A DNA stretch of 64,000 bases from an archaeon (GTDB lineage: Archaea > Nanobdellota > Nanobdellia > Woesearchaeales > UBA9642). How positions within the stretch are numbered: position 1 is the first letter of the stretch; every line of letters begins with the position of its first letter. This document shows, piece after piece, positions 59,782 to 64,000 of this stretch. The translations under genes and the position numbers were made by a program. Location of the stretch: positions 1-64,000 of the forward strand of contig JAGVGF010000001.1 in the NCBI GenBank assembly GCA_020057295.1. The letters run 5' to 3'. The notes under the pieces were generated by a model. The model searched no databases. It saw only the letters and a program-made list of their open reading frames with translations, and had not been told where the DNA came from.

Positions 59782-60435
59782 ATGGCTGATGATGATAAAA
59801 AAGTTTACGAGAAGACATACAATAGCATACTAGGCGCGATACCAGTAGACAAACATATAGAAATGAATGAAATGTATGATGCAGCAAGAATAGAGGCATT
59901 AAGTGTTCTAAAAGGTAAGAGAATAAAAGATTATGATCAGGGAATAAATGTTCTAGCAGATGCATTAATAAAATTCAGAAAGAGTTCTAAACATCCAAAC
60001 GTAAGTGAAGATAAAAATGATAGACACCATTACACATCACATGTTAGAGAATTTTTACAGCAGTATGCTAAAGAAAAAGGAATGGATGAAGAAGCTGTAG
60101 AAAAGATGTTTAAGAAAGGAAAACTTAGAGAAGTATTAGAAGTGATGATGGAGTCAGAACAACAATCGGTATTAGAATCAAAAATAGATCATGCAATAAG
60201 AGATATACTAAAACGTGATGAGAGTGTTGTTAAGGGTATAGCAGAATACCATTTAGAAAAGAATCCACATCTAAAGAGTGCATTAAGTAAATACAAGCAA
60301 AACCAGCTAAAAACAAACTACAACTTCCTACTATCAAGCTTGACGCAGCATTACAAACAAAGTATAGAAAATGCTTTAAATGAGTATAAAGTTCCAGATA
60401 AGAAGGAAGATGATAAAGAAGCCAAAAAGAAATAA
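59782..60435 (+). CDS. Hypothetical charged helical protein
   Basis: ~217-aa ORF with normal codon usage and AGGTGA SD before ATG 59782; no recognised motif. Confidence 0.7.
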   Translation: MADDDKKVYEKTYNSILGAIPVDKHIEMNEMYDAARIEALSVLKGKRIKDYDQGINVLADALIKFRKSSKHPNVSEDKNDRHHYTSHVREFLQQYAKEKGMDEEAVEKMFKKGKLREVLEVMMESEQQSVLESKIDHAIRDILKRDESVVKGIAEYHLEKNPHLKSALSKYKQNQLKTNYNFLLSSLTQHYKQSIENALNEYKVPDKKEDDKEAKKK

Positions 60436-60549
60436 TTCTCTTTTTTATTAATTTTTTATACTTATACAGCTTTTATCTTTATTATTTTAAATCAATAGAT
60501 TTATAAATAATTCTCTTTTAATTAATTTTAGTTTACAGTGGGTGATACT

Positions 60550-62430
60550 ATGGCTAAGAAGAGGGATAAAGTTGTTAAAGATTATTCTAAAGAATATAAA
60601 AATAATGTTCCAGCACCAATAGGTTTAGATGCACAATTGCCAGCAGACATGCCTGAAGAGGCAAAGAAAAAGTTAACTGAAATAAAAGATAAATTAGATA
60701 GATTTCAAAAAAAAGTATTAGATAAATTTTCAGATTATGTTCTCGGAATTTCGTTACTTCCACCACCAAAACCGGAAGTAAATCCAGAAACAGGTAAGGA
60801 AATACCTGTGGATAAAAATAAGATATACTTATTAGCATTAGTTGATGATAGTGATAGTAAAAAGATGTCTAAAGAAGAGTTAAAAGAGAAATTATCAACA
60901 ATAATGCAATCAATGGCAGAAGAGATAGATAAGAGATTAGCTATCGAAACACTATTATTAACAGAACTATGGCAATCATGTTATGATGGAAAATATGATT
61001 ACTTACAAGCAATAGCGATGAGCATGCCAGTATATGATAAAGGAATGATGGCCGCAATAAAAATTGCAGAAGTACATAAGACAATGGTACTAAAAAAATT
61101 CGAGAAATATATTGTATGTTATGTAATGGGCGGGTCATTAATTCAGGGCAAGGCTACAGCAAAGTCAGATATAGATGTATTTATCGTAATAGATGATACT
61201 GATGTTAAAAAGATGACCAGAGCAGAATTAAAAGATAAGTTAAGAGCAATAATTATAGGAATGGGAATTGATGCTGGAAAAATGACAGGTATAGAAAATA
61301 AGATCAATATTCAAGTATACATTTTGACAGATTTTTGGGATTCAGTAAAAGAAGCTAATCCTGTAATATTCACATTCTTAAGAGATGGAGTCCCATTCTA
61401 TGATCGTGGAATATTTATGCCATGGAAACAATTACTACAAATGGGCAGAGTAAAACCATCACAGGAAGCAATAGACATGTTCATGCATTCAGGAGATCAA
61501 ATCCTAGAACGAGTTAGCTTTAAATTAACAGAAATAGCAACAGAAGACTTCTTTTGGGCAACATTAACTCCTACACAAGCAGCAATAATGTTATATGGCC
61601 TACCTCCACCAACACCAAAGGAAACACCAGAAATGTTAAGAGAGATATTCGTAAAAAAAGAGAAGATGTTGGAAGAAGAGTATGTTACAATACTAGAGAG
61701 AATACTAAAAATACGAAAAGACATAGAGCATGGTGATAAAAAGTTTGCTACGGGTAAAGAAGTAGACTCGTTAGTTGAAGATTCTAAAAAATATTTGAAG
61801 AGATTAAATGAATTATTCAAACAAATTGAAAAATTAAAAGAAGAAGAAACAATAGTTCACAATTATGAAGGTGTAGTAACCATTGTTAGAGATATACTAA
61901 AAATGGAAGGCAGAGAAAAAGTTTCTGACTTAGACATGATAAAAATATTTGAGTCCGAAGTTGTACACAAAGGTTTAATGCCAGAAAAATATTTAAGAAT
62001 GTTACGAGATATAACAAAAGCGAAAAAGGATTATGATGCTAAAAAATTAAGCAAGACAGAAGTGTATCAAGTAAATAAGGATGCCAGAGAATTAATAAAA
62101 TTCTTAGTAGAATATATCCAAAGAAAACGTGGCAGGGAACTAGAAAAGGTAAAAATCAGGGTAAAACACGGCAACAGGTTTGGAGAGATAATCTTACTAA
62201 ATAAGACTGCATTCATAATACATGACATTGATAATGAAGATAAAGAGATAAGTAAGGCCACAGTTACATCTGAAGGCAGATTAACAGACATTAAAGAAAG
62301 TTCATTAGAAGAGCTTGAAAAGGCCATAGCAAGTACGGATATTGTACAGAAGACATTTATTAAAGAAGTAATATTTGAGCAATTAAAAGGAATATTCGGT
62401 AAAGATGTAGAGATATTGATAAATTATTGA
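60550..62430 (+). CDS. Nucleotidyltransferase (Pol-beta/MNT) domain protein with degenerate NTase repeat and HEPN-like domains
   Basis: GGS...SDIDVFIVIDD motif (61129-61200); an N-terminal repeat lacking GS/DxD; helical region with RKDIEH (61714-61731). Confidence 0.8.
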   Translation: MAKKRDKVVKDYSKEYKNNVPAPIGLDAQLPADMPEEAKKKLTEIKDKLDRFQKKVLDKFSDYVLGISLLPPPKPEVNPETGKEIPVDKNKIYLLALVDDSDSKKMSKEELKEKLSTIMQSMAEEIDKRLAIETLLLTELWQSCYDGKYDYLQAIAMSMPVYDKGMMAAIKIAEVHKTMVLKKFEKYIVCYVMGGSLIQGKATAKSDIDVFIVIDDTDVKKMTRAELKDKLRAIIIGMGIDAGKMTGIENKINIQVYILTDFWDSVKEANPVIFTFLRDGVPFYDRGIFMPWKQLLQMGRVKPSQEAIDMFMHSGDQILERVSFKLTEIATEDFFWATLTPTQAAIMLYGLPPPTPKETPEMLREIFVKKEKMLEEEYVTILERILKIRKDIEHGDKKFATGKEVDSLVEDSKKYLKRLNELFKQIEKLKEEETIVHNYEGVVTIVRDILKMEGREKVSDLDMIKIFESEVVHKGLMPEKYLRMLRDITKAKKDYDAKKLSKTEVYQVNKDARELIKFLVEYIQRKRGRELEKVKIRVKHGNRFGEIILLNKTAFIIHDIDNEDKEISKATVTSEGRLTDIKESSLEELEKAIASTDIVQKTFIKEVIFEQLKGIFGKDVEILINY

Positions 62431-62514
62431 TTTAGAGAATGTGAAAATAGCGTAAAAAGCTATATTTAATAACATTTTTAAAGAATATTAAAATGCTAAT
62501 ATTGGTGATTGATA

Positions 62515-63033
62515 ATGCAAACAGGTTATAAAGTAGTAGACATAATGACTAATAAACCAATAGTTGCAAGTAGAGATATGACTTTAAAAGATGCAGCAGA
62601 ATTGATGGCTGGAGAAAATGTTAATAGTTTACTAATAGTAGAAAATAATGAACCTGTAGGAATAGTAACTGATGAAGATGTAGTAAGAAAATGTGTAGCA
62701 AAAGGTTTAGATTCTAAAAAATTAAAATTAAAAGATATATTATCATCAAATTTAATGACAATAACGCCAGAAAAAGACGTATATGATGCATTAATATTAA
62801 TGCGTGATAACAATATAAGACAATTACCAGTAGTCAATAAGAAGAAACTTGAAGGATTCTTAACATTAAAAGATATTTTAAAAATACAGCCAGAATTAAT
62901 AGATTTAGTGGCAGAAAAATACGAAGTAAGAGAAGAATCTAGAAAGATGCAGGAAATAGAAAAATTAGCAGATGATGATGGTTCATATGGATTCTTCAGT
63001 AAACTAAAATTACGTAAAGGAAAGAAGCGTTAA
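62515..63033 (+). CDS. CBS-pair domain protein
   Basis: DIMT..PI..., VGIVTDEDV and IRQLPVV..LEGFLT motifs. Confidence 0.92.
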   Translation: MQTGYKVVDIMTNKPIVASRDMTLKDAAELMAGENVNSLLIVENNEPVGIVTDEDVVRKCVAKGLDSKKLKLKDILSSNLMTITPEKDVYDALILMRDNNIRQLPVVNKKKLEGFLTLKDILKIQPELIDLVAEKYEVREESRKMQEIEKLADDDGSYGFFSKLKLRKGKKR

Positions 63034-63042
63034 AGGTATAAC

Positions 63043-63738
63043 ATGAACACTGCTAAACATGTAGCAATAATTCTTGATGGAAACAGAAGATTCGCTCAGA
63101 AGTTAATGTTAGAACCATGGAAAGGACACGAGTATGGTGTACAAAAAGTTGAAGAATTACTGGAATGGTCAAAAGATTTAGGAATAATAGAGTTAACATT
63201 ATACACATTCTCCATACAAAATTTTAATAGGCCAAAACAAGAGTTTGACTACTTAATGAATCTAATAAAAGATGCATTCAATAAATTCTATAATGATCCA
63301 AGAATAGAAGAATATAGCATTAAAGTTAATGTTGTGGGAAGATATACTTTGTTTCCTAAGGATGTAGTTGAGGCAATTGATAGAATCATTGAAAAAACAA
63401 AAAATAACAATAAATTCATAATAAATTTTGCACTTGCATATGGTGGAAGAGAAGAATTAACAGATGCAATGAAGAGAATAGCACAAGAAGTTCAAAATGG
63501 GACTATAGAACCTGAAAAAATCACTGAAAAAACAGTAGAAGAACATCTGTATATATCATCGGAGCCGGATATAATATTAAGAACTGGTGGAGAAAAGAGG
63601 TTGAGTAATTTTTTAATGTGGCAATCATCATATACAGAGTTATTTTTTATAGATAAAGCATGGCCAGAATTCACTAAAGAAGACTTAATTAATGTTTTAA
63701 AAGAATTTGAACAGCGTGGAAGAAGATTTGGAAAATAG
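63043..63738 (+). CDS. uppS: cis-prenyltransferase (undecaprenyl/polyprenyl diphosphate synthase)
   Basis: HVAIILDGNRRFA, YTFSIQNFNRP, AYGGREE and RTGGEKRLSNFLMWQSSYTE motifs. Confidence 0.97.
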   Translation: MNTAKHVAIILDGNRRFAQKLMLEPWKGHEYGVQKVEELLEWSKDLGIIELTLYTFSIQNFNRPKQEFDYLMNLIKDAFNKFYNDPRIEEYSIKVNVVGRYTLFPKDVVEAIDRIIEKTKNNNKFIINFALAYGGREELTDAMKRIAQEVQNGTIEPEKITEKTVEEHLYISSEPDIILRTGGEKRLSNFLMWQSSYTELFFIDKAWPEFTKEDLINVLKEFEQRGRRFGK

Positions 63739-63758
63739 ATTCATCTAGATTTGATTAA

Positions 63759-64000
63759 TTACTTGTCATCTTCACTAAATATTTCAGCTCTAAAAGTATA
63801 TATTTTATTACTTAAATTCTTCCAATCATCTTTATCCATTCCAGCCTTTTCAGAAACAGATTCTAAAAATTTTTCAGGAGTAAATTTATACTCGACAGCA
63901 ACTTGCGGTAATAATAGTCCAGAACTACGACCTTGAATAATCAACCCATCTTTACCAATATTAATATTTTTCAGATATTCATCAGAAGATTTAGCCTTTA
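63759..64000 (-). CDS. AMMECR1-domain protein (C-terminal part; runs off the window)
   Basis: The frame stays open to the window end: ..IGKDGLIIQGRSSGLLLPQVAVEY...KAG...W....IYTFRAEIFSE. Confidence 0.9.
   Translation of the reverse strand, partial: KAKSSDEYLKNINIGKDGLIIQGRSSGLLLPQVAVEYKFTPEKFLESVSEKAGMDKDDWKNLSNKIYTFRAEIFSEDDK

Overview
AT-rich archaeal chromosome segment. Markers include rpl15e, rpl21e, rpoF, cbf5, Pth2, archaeal-type ProRS/MetRS, TATA-box promoters and an intron-containing tRNA. Gene content and protein style suggest a DPANN lineage, probably Woesearchaeota/Nanoarchaeota (inference). Housekeeping blocks (1-13.8 kb, 40.7-43.9 kb, 60.5-64 kb) flank two large envelope loci. 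(1) A 24-kb ORF (8055 aa) whose predicted extracellular part has an HFS-motif domain, an Asp-box beta-propeller, six beta-helix cassettes and Ig-like domains. One transmembrane helix joins this to a cytoplasmic HerA/FtsK-VirB4-like P-loop ATPase and a DUF835-like domain, and a coiled-coil gene follows 23 bp downstream. (2) A ~14-kb six-gene operon of duplicated Cys-rich secreted proteins and giant class III (pilin-type) signal-peptide proteins. Also notable are a tRNA-Thr that reads AGU if spliced canonically and has a duplicated 3' end, a structured rpl15e leader, and an NTase-HEPN fusion. No CRISPR array, rRNA, transposase or integrase was seen. All calls come from reading motifs by eye; no searches were run.
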